From an uncultured Chloroflexia bacterium (lineage in GTDB: Bacteria; Chloroflexota; Limnocylindria; Limnocylindrales; CSP1-4): DNA of 64,000 nucleotides. Positions 20,165 to 31,567 of this stretch are shown in pieces. The translations under genes and the position numbers were made by a program. Position 1 is the first letter of the stretch. Every line of letters starts with the position of its first letter. The stretch spans positions 128,001 to 192,000 of the forward strand of contig CAWEYL010000003.1 of the NCBI GenBank assembly GCA_963813335.1, written 5' to 3'. A model generated the notes under the pieces. That model saw nothing but the letters and a program-made list of their open reading frames with translations, was not told the origin of the DNA and made no database searches.

Positions 20165-20985
20165 CTGGGCACCATCCGCTTCTCGAGGAGCCGGAGGAGC
20201 GCGACGACCCCGATCGCGAACATGATCGACAGGTAGGCCACGTCGATGACCGCGGCGAGCGGGTCGGCCGACACGGTCCCCAGCGACAGCGCCCGGGTCA
20301 GCTCGACGCCGTGGAACAGCGGCGTCAGCCAGGCGACGACCTGGAGCGGCTCCGGCAGCGAGGAGATCGGGTAGAAGGTGCCGGAGAACAGGAAGAGCGG
20401 CAGGATCCCGAACCGGAAGATCGCGTTGAACTTGTTGGGGTTGTACTGGGTCGTGGCGAAGGCCGCGATCGGGGCCGCGAACGCCATGCCGGTCAGGACC
20501 GCGGCGGGGATGGCGAGGACGATCGTCGGAGCGGCGGCGGCTCCGAAGGCGATGATGACGAGCGTGAAGACGGTCGAGATCATCGTCAGTCGCGCCGCGA
20601 TCCAGGCGAGGTTGCCGGCCGCGATGTCACGGACCGAGATGGGCGTCGCGGCCATCGCGTGGAAGACCTTGTTCCACATGATCCCGGCCATGATCGGGAA
20701 GGTCGCCTCGAAGGCCGCGGACTGCATCGCCGTGGCCGCCAGCAGGCCCGGTGCCAGGAACTGGATGTAGGTGACGCCGCCGAGGGCGGCGTTGCTGCCG
20801 GCGTCGACGTACGTGCCCAGGCCGAGGCCCATCGCGGTGAGGAACAGCACCGGCGACAGGAACGAGCTGAACACGCTCGCGCGGAACGTGCGCTTGTACG
20901 AGAGCCAGCGATGCTCGAAGACGTGGACCGCCGGCGAGTCGGATCGCGGGTCGGCCGAGGGGCGCGCGGGCGCAGCGGCGGTCAT
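20161..20985 (-). CDS. ABC-2 transporter permease
   Basis: FLAPGLLA and PLFLFSGTFYP; overlaps the next gene by 4 nt. Confidence 0.9.
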   Translation of the reverse strand: MTAAAPARPSADPRSDSPAVHVFEHRWLSYKRTFRASVFSSFLSPVLFLTAMGLGLGTYVDAGSNAALGGVTYIQFLAPGLLAATAMQSAAFEATFPIMAGIMWNKVFHAMAATPISVRDIAAGNLAWIAARLTMISTVFTLVIIAFGAAAAPTIVLAIPAAVLTGMAFAAPIAAFATTQYNPNKFNAIFRFGILPLFLFSGTFYPISSLPEPLQVVAWLTPLFHGVELTRALSLGTVSADPLAAVIDVAYLSIMFAIGVVALLRLLEKRMVPR

Positions 20986-20997
20986 CGGTCCGTCCGC

Positions 20998-21933
20998 CTA
21001 CTCGATGAGCGAGCGGCCGGTGAGCCGGAGGAACACGTCCTCGAGCGACGACCGGCGGACGAGGACGGCCTCGGGTCGAAGCCCGCGCTCGTGGACGGCC
21101 GCGACGGCGGCCTCGCCGTCGTCGGTGTACAGCAGCACCCGGTCTGCCAGGTGCTCGATCCGCTGGGCGATCCCGTCGAGCCGGCCGTCCAGCGTCTCGG
21201 CGAAGCCCGGCTCGAAGCGGAGCTCCGTGACCTCACGGGTCGAGTACTGCTCGATCAGCGATCGCGGGCTGCCCTCGGCGACGATCCTCGCCTTGTCCAT
21301 CACGACCAGCCGGTCGCACAGCTGCTCGGCCTCGTCCATGTAGTGGGTGGTCAGGACCAGGGTCACGCCACGCTGCTTGAGGCGGTACAGGCGGTCCCAC
21401 AGGAGGTGGCGTGCCTGGGGGTCGAGGCCCGTCGTCGGCTCGTCGAGGAGGAGCAGGCTCGGCTCGTTGATGAGCGCCCGGGCGATCGTCAGGCGCCGCT
21501 TCATGCCACCCGACAGCGGCTCGACCTCGTCCTTCGCGCGCTCCGTGAGCTGGGCGAAATCGAGGAGCTCGTCGGCCCGCCGGCCGATCTCCTTCCAGTC
21601 GAGCCCGAAGTAGCGCCCGTAGATGAGCAGGTTCTCGCGCACCGTCAGCTCGGTGTCGAGCGTGTCCTGCTGCGGCACCACGCCGAGCCGGGCGCGGATC
21701 CGCGGACCGTCGGTGGTCGGGTCCATGCCCATGACCGTGAGCTCGCCCGACGTCATCGGCGAGACGCAGCCGATCATCCGCATCGTCGAGGTCTTGCCCG
21801 CGCCATTCGGCCCGAGGAATCCGAAGGATTCGCCGGGGGCGACATCGAAGTCGACGGCGTCCACCGCGGTGAAGTCGCCGAAGCGCTTGGTCAGGCGGCG
21901 GGCATGGATGAGCGCGGGGTCGGGATCGGGCAT
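20998..21933 (-). CDS. ABC transporter ATP-binding protein (NodI-like)
   Basis: GPNGAGKT, LSGGMKRR and LDEPTTGLD. Confidence 0.93.
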   Translation of the reverse strand: MPDPDPALIHARRLTKRFGDFTAVDAVDFDVAPGESFGFLGPNGAGKTSTMRMIGCVSPMTSGELTVMGMDPTTDGPRIRARLGVVPQQDTLDTELTVRENLLIYGRYFGLDWKEIGRRADELLDFAQLTERAKDEVEPLSGGMKRRLTIARALINEPSLLLLDEPTTGLDPQARHLLWDRLYRLKQRGVTLVLTTHYMDEAEQLCDRLVVMDKARIVAEGSPRSLIEQYSTREVTELRFEPGFAETLDGRLDGIAQRIEHLADRVLLYTDDGEAAVAAVHERGLRPEAVLVRRSSLEDVFLRLTGRSLIE

Positions 21934-22016
21934 CGGACGGGGCATGGTACCGCGTCGCGACGCTGGACAAAACGTGCTACGCTGCGGTAGCACGGAATCA
22001 GAAGACCCCGCGCGAC

Positions 22017-22517
22017 ATGCAGGAGTCCCTCATGGCCGAGATCCCGAAGCCGGTCGCGGAGCTGCTCGATGCGGCGCTCGTGGGCGAGCTCACCGTCGTC
22101 GACGGCGACGGCCGACCCGTCACCTACCCGCTCATCCCGCTGTGGGACGGGGAGCGCGTGTACATGACCTCGTCGATCCTCTTCAGCCGGAAGCTCGAGC
22201 ACATCAACAGCAATGCCAAGGTGTCGGTCTCGATCACCGACCCCATCGCGGTCGGCGGCCGGCGCGACCGCGCGCTGATCCAGGGAGACGCCCGCGTCAT
22301 CGACGACGACCCGCACGGCGGATGGGAGCGCCTCCTCCCGATCTGGGAGGCCAAGGAGCCGGCGATCGTCGCGTTCCTGAAGGTCCGGGTCGCCCTGCCG
22401 CTGTTCTTCGAGCGCGCGCTCATCGAGGTCACCCCGCGGCGCGTCCTGTACTGGTCGGACGGCGACGCCGCGACGGCACCGCAGGAGACCCTGGTCTCCG
22501 TCGGGGAGGCGGCGTGA
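22017..22517 (+). CDS. Pyridoxamine 5'-phosphate oxidase-like (split-barrel flavin/F420-binding) protein
   Basis: LTVVDGDGRPVTYP and KLEHINSNAKVSVSI pattern. Confidence 0.8.
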   Translation: MQESLMAEIPKPVAELLDAALVGELTVVDGDGRPVTYPLIPLWDGERVYMTSSILFSRKLEHINSNAKVSVSITDPIAVGGRRDRALIQGDARVIDDDPHGGWERLLPIWEAKEPAIVAFLKVRVALPLFFERALIEVTPRRVLYWSDGDAATAPQETLVSVGEAA

Positions 22518-23899
22518 TGCGCAGCACCGACGGTCTCGACGCCCGCGCCGGGCTCGACAAGCTGGCCACCTTCCCCTACCAGATCGCCACGTGGGTCGGC
22601 GACGACGGGTACCCGGTCAGCGTCGCCGTCGACGCCCGGGTCAGCCCGACCGAGCTGGTCGCCAGGTTCCCCCGCCCGGCGGGCCTGGTCGTCCCGACCG
22701 ACCGTCCCGTGTCGCTGACCGGGTCGCACATCCGCCCGCAGCCTGGCTACGGCTACGACGAGCGCCGGCACGTCACGGTGTGGGGTAGCGCGACCGCGTC
22801 CGACGGCGGGTTCGCCGTGACCGCCACCCGGGCGTGGGGCTGGGACGAGAGCGAGGTCCCGTTCTTCGAGTACTCGGAGCGTTCGGTCGGCCAGTCGCGC
22901 AAGTACTTCGACGCGCTCTCGGTCGAGCGCGGGACGCCGGTCCGCCCGAAGCTGTCGCTCGGGTTCCTGACGCTCCGGGCCACGCGGCTGCCGTTCCTCA
23001 CCGCGACCATCGTGCCGGTCGTGCTGGGCATCCTGATCGCGGCGACGCACGGCTCGTTCGACCTGGTCGCGGCGCTGCTCACGATCATCGGCGCGTCGTT
23101 CGTCCAGCTCGGGCTCAACGTCGCCAACGACGTCTTCGACACGGCGCTTGGTGCCGATGACGCGAACGTCACGCCGACCCAGTTCAGCGGCGGCTCGCGG
23201 GTCATCCAGTACGGGCTGGTGAGCTTCCGCCGGATGGCGACGATCGCGACGCTCTGCTACGTGGCGGCTGGCGCGATCGGGCTGATCCTGCTCGCGACCC
23301 ATGGCTCGACGGCGCTGCTCGTCATCGGGGTGCTGGGGTTCGTCTTCAGCATCGGGTACACGGCGCCGCCGCTGAAGTTCGTCTATCGCGGCCTCGGCGA
23401 GATCGTGGTCGCGGTCGGATTCGGGCCGATGATGCTGCTCGGCGCGTACGTCGTGCAGACCGGCGGGACCCTCGCCTGGGAGCCGTTCGTGGCGTCCATC
23501 CCGGTCGCTCTGCTCGTGGCGCTGATCCTGTACGTCAACGAGATCCCGGACCGTCGCGGCGACGCGCTCGCGGGCAAGCGCACCCTGCCGGTGCGGTTCT
23601 CCCGGACCACGGTCATCGCCGGGTACGACATGGCCGTCGCGGCCGCGTATGTCGTCGTGGTGCTCGCCGTCGTGGCCGGCATCCTGCCCGTGCCCGTCCT
23701 GCTGATGCTCCTGACGATCCCGCTCGCGCTCAAGGTGTCGCGCGGCCTGCTGCCGTACTACGACAACCCGTACGGGCTGATGTCGATCATGGGCGTCAAC
23801 GTCCAGCTCCACCTGCGGGCGGGCCTGCTCCTGTTCGCGGGCTACGCGATCGTGCTCATCGTCGGGGCCGTCGCGCCGGAGGTCCGCCTCTTCATCTGA
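22517..23899 (+). CDS. MenA/UbiA-family prenyltransferase with an extra soluble N-terminal domain of about 150 aa
   Basis: RLPFLTA, NVANDVFD, GGSRVI, YTAPPLK.YRGLGE and NEIPDRRGD..GKRTL; TGATG coupling to the upstream gene. Confidence 0.85.
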   Translation: MRSTDGLDARAGLDKLATFPYQIATWVGDDGYPVSVAVDARVSPTELVARFPRPAGLVVPTDRPVSLTGSHIRPQPGYGYDERRHVTVWGSATASDGGFAVTATRAWGWDESEVPFFEYSERSVGQSRKYFDALSVERGTPVRPKLSLGFLTLRATRLPFLTATIVPVVLGILIAATHGSFDLVAALLTIIGASFVQLGLNVANDVFDTALGADDANVTPTQFSGGSRVIQYGLVSFRRMATIATLCYVAAGAIGLILLATHGSTALLVIGVLGFVFSIGYTAPPLKFVYRGLGEIVVAVGFGPMMLLGAYVVQTGGTLAWEPFVASIPVALLVALILYVNEIPDRRGDALAGKRTLPVRFSRTTVIAGYDMAVAAAYVVVVLAVVAGILPVPVLLMLLTIPLALKVSRGLLPYYDNPYGLMSIMGVNVQLHLRAGLLLFAGYAIVLIVGAVAPEVRLFI

Positions 23900-23926
23900 G
23901 CCGTCGGGCGAGCCCGCCGGGCCTCG

Positions 23927-24685
23927 TCAGGCGAGGCCGCGGGCGGCCCAGGCCCTGGCCGGGATCACGAACGGCCCGGCTGGCAGGCGCTCGCGGAGCC
24001 GCTCCCGAAGCTGGGCTTGGGCGTCCGAGGAGAGCCCGGCGGTGTAGGCGCCGGCCGGGCCGGCGCCGCCGGCGAACGGCGCCCACCAAGCCTCGAAGTC
24101 GGGGTGCTCGAGGTCCGCGGCGAAAGCGGTCTCGGCGACCTCGCGGAGCCCGGCCGACCGGAACAGCCGCCCGAGATCGCCCTCGGTCACGCCGGCGAGC
24201 TCGGATTCATCGTCCACATCCGGGTCAAGTTCTCGGGCGACCTCCCAGAAGAGGCCCAACGGTCCCGTCCCGCCGCCGTGGTCCCAGACGCATGCGACGA
24301 CCGCGCCGCCAGGGCGGGTGACGCGGCGCATCTCCGCCAAGCCAAGGATCGGGTCGGCCATGAAGTGCACCACCAGCTGGGCGAGGGCGGCGTCGAACGT
24401 GTCGTCCTCGAACGGGAGGTCCTCCGCGGATGCCTGGCGGACGTCGACGCCGGGGTAGCGCGCCCGGACGGCCTCGACGAAGGAGACCGACGGGTCGACC
24501 GCGGCGACCGACCCCGGGCCGAGCCGCCCGACCAGTTCGCGGGTGAGCGCGCCCGGGCCACAGCCGACATCGATCGCGCGCTGGGGCGGCGCGATCCCCG
24601 CCAGGTCGGCGAGCTGCGCCGACAGCAGCATGGAGTACCGTCCCATGAACCGGTCGTAGGCGTCCGCGGCGACATCGAAGCTCAT
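23927..24685 (-). CDS. Class I SAM-dependent methyltransferase
   Basis: YDRFMGRYS, DVGCGPGALT and AEDLPFED. Confidence 0.9.
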   Translation of the reverse strand: MSFDVAADAYDRFMGRYSMLLSAQLADLAGIAPPQRAIDVGCGPGALTRELVGRLGPGSVAAVDPSVSFVEAVRARYPGVDVRQASAEDLPFEDDTFDAALAQLVVHFMADPILGLAEMRRVTRPGGAVVACVWDHGGGTGPLGLFWEVARELDPDVDDESELAGVTEGDLGRLFRSAGLREVAETAFAADLEHPDFEAWWAPFAGGAGPAGAYTAGLSSDAQAQLRERLRERLPAGPFVIPARAWAARGLA

Positions 24686-24742
24686 GGGGTCACGGTACCG
24701 CGCGATAAGCCATCGATGGGCGCCGATCCGGAACATGGCGCG

Positions 24743-25526
24743 GTGGATGTGGTGCGGTTCGGGCTTGGGATCCGGGCGCTGCGGCGCAAGCGAGCCTGGA
24801 CGCAGAAGCGGCTGGCTGCTGAAGCGTGCGTCTCGAGGTCCGTCATCGTGCGGATCGAACGCGGTCGCGCCGATCGCGTCGCGGTCCACACCCTGGTTCG
24901 GGTCGCTGCCGCTCTCGGGTCATCGATCTCGGTGAGGCTCCTCTGGCAGGGTGAGGGTCTCGACCGCCTGCTCGACGCGTCGCATGCCGACATCGTCGAG
25001 CGCGTGGTCCGCCTGCTGTCGAGTGACGGCTGGGAGGTGACGACCGAGGCGTCCTTCAACGTCGACGGCGAGCGTGGGTCGATCGATGTGCTCGCGTTCC
25101 ACGCTGCGACGGGCGCGCTGCTCGTCATCGAGGTCAAGTCGGTCGTGCCGGACATCCAGGCGACGCTCCACGGCCTGGATCGCAAGTTCCGCGTCGCGCG
25201 GCGGGTTGCCGCCCAGCGGGGCTGGGAGGTCCGAACGGTATCGCGCGTCCTCGTCCTGCCCGACGATCGGACCTCGCGGCGACGCGTCCAGGCACACCGA
25301 GGCGACGTTCGACGCGGTCGTGCCGGCCAGAACCGTCGAGATCAAGCGGTGGCTTCGGGCGCCGGCCGATGCCGTCGCGGGGATCCTGTTCCTGTCAGAT
25401 GACCTTCACCCGGTCACTCGTCACCGCGTCAGCTCACCACGGGTCCGGCCCGTGGCAAGCCCACGCACGGATCGTGGACGGGAAGAGGTCGGAATGAGTC
25501 AGATGGATCCTCAAGCGGTCATCTGA
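24743..25526 (+). CDS. XRE-type HTH + PD-(D/E)XK nuclease-fold protein (apparent +1 frameshift near 25298)
   Basis: IRALRRKRAWTQKRLAAEACVSRSVIVRIERG, then E..F..GERGSIDVLA..LLVIEVKS. The C-terminus (EATFDAVVP..GILFLSD) continues in another frame. Confidence 0.75.
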
Positions 25527-25567
25527 CCGCGTGCCGGTGACCAACGACCGCCTGAAGGACATGCGCC
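25394..25567. repeat. 174-bp element, copy 1 (imperfect 31-bp inverted arms plus an internal CAGATG/CATCTG hairpin)
   Basis: Arms GTCAGATGACCTTCACCCGGTCACTCGTCAC and GTGACCAACGACCGCCTGAAGGACATGCGCC; matches 36399-36572. Confidence 0.8.
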
Positions 25568-25681
25568 GGAAACCCGGGCGTGAGGGAGTCCGCAGGCGGG
25601 TCTGCGGGACCTGGGCGGAAGCGGGGCAGCGGGGAGTCCGGGCCGCGGCCGGAACCCGCGGCCGGAACCCGCGCGAATCGA

Positions 25682-25706
25682 AGAGCCCGGCCGGAGGCCG
25701 GGCTCT
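25682..25706 (-). terminator. Hairpin terminator downstream of dnaK
   Basis: Stem AGAGCCCGGC / GCCGGGCTCT. Confidence 0.75.
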
Positions 25707-25731
25707 GTGTGTCAGCGAGTGCCCTGAAGGC

Positions 25732-27669
<1,938 letters not shown>

Positions 27670-27702
27670 GGGTGGGTGCTCCTTGATGAGTGCTGGGAAG
27701 GA

Positions 27703-28338
27703 CTAGTTGGGACGTTGCTTGTGGGTGCCGCGGGCGGGCTCGCCAGCCCCGGTCGGCGGTGCCGGGGCGGCTGCGGGCTCGAGGGGAGCGTCGGGTGGCG
27801 GCGCCGCCACGGCGACGAGTGCCGCGCGCAGGACCCGGTCGCGCAGTCGATAGCCGCGACGCAGCTCGTCGACGATCTCGCCCTCGGGCCGGCCGGTGCC
27901 GGGCACGTTGACGATGGCCTCGTGCTCGCGCGGGTCGAACGGGCGGCCCGGCATCGCGTCGATCGGGGTCACGCCTTCGGACTCGAGCAGGACGCGCAGC
28001 TTGCGGTCGATGGCCGCGATCCCGTCGAACCACGGGTCGGTCGAGATCGACTCCGGTCGCGCCTCGATGGCGAGGTCGAAGTCGTCGGCGACGGTCAGGA
28101 CCTTGCGCAGGAGATCCTCGCCGGCCAGGCCGAGGTCGCGCTGCCGCTCCTCCTGGCTGCGGCGGCGAAAGTTCTGGAACTCGGCCCGCTCGCGCTGGAG
28201 GGCGTTGAGGTACTCCTCGCCGCTCGCGCGGGCGTCGGCCAGCTCGGTCTTCAGGCTCTCGATGTCGGCAAGCAGCTTGGCCGGGGAGATGTCGATCTCC
28301 TCCACGCGCTGCTGCCCGCGGGTCTTCCCGCTAGGCAT
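27703..28338 (-). CDS. grpE: Nucleotide exchange factor GrpE
   Basis: AEFQNFRRR, FDPREHEAI and GYRLRDRVLRAALV. Confidence 0.95.
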   Translation of the reverse strand: MPSGKTRGQQRVEEIDISPAKLLADIESLKTELADARASGEEYLNALQRERAEFQNFRRRSQEERQRDLGLAGEDLLRKVLTVADDFDLAIEARPESISTDPWFDGIAAIDRKLRVLLESEGVTPIDAMPGRPFDPREHEAIVNVPGTGRPEGEIVDELRRGYRLRDRVLRAALVAVAAPPPDAPLEPAAAPAPPTGAGEPARGTHKQRPN

Positions 28339-29398
28339 ACAGGTGGTCCACCAGTTCGTTCATCAGGCCGGACACGAAGCGGACCGTGCCGATCGCCTGG
28401 GAGTAGCTCATGCGCGTCGGGCCGAGGACGCCGACGACGCCGATCGCCCGGCCCGCCCGCCCGTAGGGGGCGAGGACCAGCGAGACGTCGCGCATCTCGA
28501 TCGGCCCGTTCTCATGGCCGATGTAGACCCGGATCCGGCCCGCGTCGGCCACGTCGCCGACCAGCTGGCCGAGATAGGTCCGGTTCTCGAGCGCCGAGAA
28601 GACCCGTCGGAGCTTGTCGCTCTGGGCGAACTCGGGGGCGTCCATCACGTTGAGCAGGCCGTCGCTGAAGACCTCCTCGATCGCCTCGGCGTCGTAGTCG
28701 CGGACGATGCGGACGATCCGGTCGCCGATCCGCTTCGCCAGCGCGTCGACGCGGTCGGTCTCGCCGAGGCGAGCGAGGACCGTCTCCGCGTTGCCCGCCG
28801 TCTGGTTCGCCAGCTTGTCGTTGAGCAGCGCGGCGACGCGGTTGAGCGTCGGCTGGTCGATGTGGTCGTCGTCCGCGAGCGTGACGAGCGCCTGCTTGAT
28901 CGCCCCTTCGCGCAGGACGAGGATCAGGCTGGCCATCCGCTCGTTGATCGCGACCAGGTCGACGCGCCGGATGTGCGCGGCGCGGGGCTTGGCCGGCGTG
29001 GCCAGGCCGGCCGAGCGGGTGACGCTCGCGAGCGTGGTGGCCGCGAGGCGGAACCAGTGCTCGCTGGCGAACTCGACCTGCCCGAACTGGTGGCGGATCA
29101 TCAGCTGCTCGACGGCCGGCAGCGGCACCGCATCGACGATCGATTCGACATAGAAGCGGTATCCGGCGTCGGTGGGGACGCGACCGGCCGAGGTGTACGG
29201 GTGGGTCAGGAGCCCGGCGCCCTCGAGCTCGGCGAGGATGCTGCGCACGGTCGCGCTCGACACACCGAGGCCGTAGCGCTCGACGAGCGCCTGCGAGCCG
29301 ACGGGGGTCGCGGTGGTGACGTATTCCTCGATGACGGCCCGAAGGATCGCCTGTGTGCGGAGGTCCAGGGGGCCGATGGGGCGGGTCCGTCGCGCCAA
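28331..29398 (-). CDS. hrcA: Heat-inducible transcription repressor HrcA
   Basis: VSSATVR, PYTSAGRVPTDAGYRFYV and LGPTRMSY. Confidence 0.97.
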   Translation of the reverse strand: MARRTRPIGPLDLRTQAILRAVIEEYVTTATPVGSQALVERYGLGVSSATVRSILAELEGAGLLTHPYTSAGRVPTDAGYRFYVESIVDAVPLPAVEQLMIRHQFGQVEFASEHWFRLAATTLASVTRSAGLATPAKPRAAHIRRVDLVAINERMASLILVLREGAIKQALVTLADDDHIDQPTLNRVAALLNDKLANQTAGNAETVLARLGETDRVDALAKRIGDRIVRIVRDYDAEAIEEVFSDGLLNVMDAPEFAQSDKLRRVFSALENRTYLGQLVGDVADAGRIRVYIGHENGPIEMRDVSLVLAPYGRAGRAIGVVGVLGPTRMSYSQAIGTVRFVSGLMNELVDHLYA

Positions 29399-29416
29399 GG
29401 CCGGTCTCCTACGTGG

Positions 29417-29443
29417 TTAGCACTCTAACGGTGAGAGTGCTAA
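29417..29443. promoter_or_regulatory. CIRCE element (HrcA operator)
   Basis: Perfect TTAGCACTC-N9-GAGTGCTAA upstream of hrcA. Confidence 0.98.
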
Positions 29444-29532
29444 CGAGGTGCGGGCATCGTAGCAGTCGCGTGGCGTGAGTGTCAACGCGCCGAGGCGGTC
29501 TCGCGCGGCGGTCTCGCGCAGCCGGACCGGGC

Positions 29533-30798
29533 TCAGACCAGGCGCTCGAAGAGCTCGTTCGAGAGGAGCCGGCCGCGGGTCGTCAGCACGACCCGGTCGT
29601 CCGGCGTGACATCGATCAGCTCGGCGGTGAGCGCCCAGCCGAAGGCGTCCCCCAGCGGCGGCTCGTGGGCCGTCGCGAGCGGGATGCCGGTGTCGAGCCG
29701 GAGCCCGAGGATGACCCGCTCCGCGGCCGCGGTCTCCGCGTCGATCTCCTCGGCGCCGCCGGGCGGCAGCGCCGGGGGCGACCCGTCGGCCGGCGTGAGC
29801 GCGGCCACGTAGCCGTCGAGGCGGGCCGCGTTCCAGCGGCGGGTCGCGCCGTCGAACGCGTGCGCGCCGGGGCCGACCGCCTCGTACGGGAGGCGGCCCC
29901 AGTACGTCAGGTTGTGGCGGCTCTCGTGACCCGGGCGCGCCCAGTTGCTGATCTCGTAGCCGTGGAACCCGGCTTCCGCGAGGCGGACCACCGCGTGGTG
30001 GTACTGCGCGGCCGCGCGGTCCTCGTCCTGCCCAGGCCGGGCGATCTCGCGCCAGCGGCGGGCGCCGCGCGTCGTGGGCAGGTGGTCGCCGTCAGGGCCG
30101 GTCAGGCCCTCCGCATCGGGGTCGTCGAGCGTCAGCCCGTACAGCGAGAGGTGGTCGGGATCCAGCTCGAGCGCGGCGTCCAGCGTCGTCATCCAGGTCG
30201 CGACCGAGCCGTCGGGCAGGTCGTAGAGGAGGTCGAGGCTGACCGAGCCGATGCCCGCCGCCCGGGCCTCGGCCACCGCGTCGACGACGTCCGCGGCGCG
30301 ATGGCGCCGGCCGATCCGCTTGAGCTCGCGGTCGTCGAGCGACTGCGCGCCCAGCGACAGGCGGTTGATCCCGGCGGCCGCCCACGCGGCCGCGTCGCCG
30401 CGCTCGTCCGGACCGGGGTTGGCCTCGAGCGTGACCTCGGCGTCGGGTGCGAGGCCGAACCGGTCGCCGACCAGCGAGACCAGGCCGCCGATCGTCTCGG
30501 GCGGCATCAGCGACGGCGTGCCGCCCCCGAGATAGAGCGTCTGGAGCGGCGGCCGTCCGGCCGATCCGGATCCGCCGAACGCCGCGTCGAGGGCGTCGGC
30601 GCGGAGGCCGATCTCGGCCCTGAGGGCCGGCACGAAGGCGTCGATCCTGGCGGTCGGCCCGCGCGCCGCGGCCCCGGCGTAGACGACGAAGTCGCAGTAC
30701 GGGCAGAGCGAGACGCAGAACGGGACGTGGACGTAGAGCGCGACGGGCGGCCCGGCGGCAGGCGCGTCGGTGCTCGACGCTGCCCCGGCCGCGGTCAT
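29533..30798 (-). CDS. hemW: Radical SAM heme chaperone HemW (HemN-like)
   Basis: LYVHVPFCVSLCPYCDF, GGGTPS and YEISNWA...HNLTYW; lies between lepA and hrcA. Confidence 0.9.
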   Translation of the reverse strand: MTAAGAASSTDAPAAGPPVALYVHVPFCVSLCPYCDFVVYAGAAARGPTARIDAFVPALRAEIGLRADALDAAFGGSGSAGRPPLQTLYLGGGTPSLMPPETIGGLVSLVGDRFGLAPDAEVTLEANPGPDERGDAAAWAAAGINRLSLGAQSLDDRELKRIGRRHRAADVVDAVAEARAAGIGSVSLDLLYDLPDGSVATWMTTLDAALELDPDHLSLYGLTLDDPDAEGLTGPDGDHLPTTRGARRWREIARPGQDEDRAAAQYHHAVVRLAEAGFHGYEISNWARPGHESRHNLTYWGRLPYEAVGPGAHAFDGATRRWNAARLDGYVAALTPADGSPPALPPGGAEEIDAETAAAERVILGLRLDTGIPLATAHEPPLGDAFGWALTAELIDVTPDDRVVLTTRGRLLSNELFERLV

Positions 30799-30802
30799 GG
30801 CA

Positions 30803-31558
30803 TCAGCGCTCCCGGGACCCGATGACCCGCCAGCCCTCGGGGACGCGGCGGCGCTTCTCGATCTCCTCGACCTCGCGGCCGCGCGGCTTCGTCTGACCGG
30901 TATGGCCGGTGCACAGGAAGACCGCGAAGCGGGTGATCGCATGGCCCAGGAAGGCGGCGGCGATCCCGCCGGTCCAGGCCGTCAACCAGCCGCCGACCAG
31001 GCCCATGCCGAGAGCCAGGATCAGCAGGTAGCGGTCGCGGCCGGGCGCCCCCAGCCGGGTCGTCAGCGCGTACAGGAGCGCCTGGATCAGGTTCGCGACC
31101 GTCGGCTCGAGGCCGGTCGCGAGCAGGAGCCCGAAGAGCGCGCCGCGGAAGGCGACCTCGTCGATGAAGGCCGTGGCGACCGAGTTGAGCAGGGCGCCCG
31201 GGTAGGACCACGGCTCCGGGAAGCGGATGCGGTGGTAGCGGACCGTCGCGAAGGCGACCGCGATCCCGACGCCCGCAAGTCCATAGATGAGCCCGCCGAA
31301 GAGCGCGCCGAGCCGGTCGCCCGAGCCCAGGAACAGCGTCTGCTGCGGGGACGGATGGACCAGCACGATCCCCACGGCGAGCGCCGCGCCGATCCCGTAC
31401 CAGGCCAGCCGGCGCCGCGCGCGCGGCCGCTCCCCGTTCTGCTCCGCCTCGTAATACTCGGCGGTACCGAAGCGCTCGGCGTCCAGCCGCAGCATGACCA
31501 GCAGCAGGGCCAGGCCGATGACGATGAGGGTCCGGGCGATCTCGACGAGGTCGTCCAC
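30803..31558 (-). CDS. CPBP/Abi-family intramembrane protease-like protein
   Basis: DEVAFRG motif (EE to DE variant), several TMs and a late His. Confidence 0.7.
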   Translation of the reverse strand: MDDLVEIARTLIVIGLALLLVMLRLDAERFGTAEYYEAEQNGERPRARRRLAWYGIGAALAVGIVLVHPSPQQTLFLGSGDRLGALFGGLIYGLAGVGIAVAFATVRYHRIRFPEPWSYPGALLNSVATAFIDEVAFRGALFGLLLATGLEPTVANLIQALLYALTTRLGAPGRDRYLLILALGMGLVGGWLTAWTGGIAAAFLGHAITRFAVFLCTGHTGQTKPRGREVEEIEKRRRVPEGWRVIGSRER

Positions 31559-31567
31559 GTCGGTCGT

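Noticed and set aside
19364-21933. NodIJ-like ABC exporter as evidence of Nod-factor synthesis
   Set aside because: This is a widespread ABC-2 family, and no nodABC-like genes are nearby.
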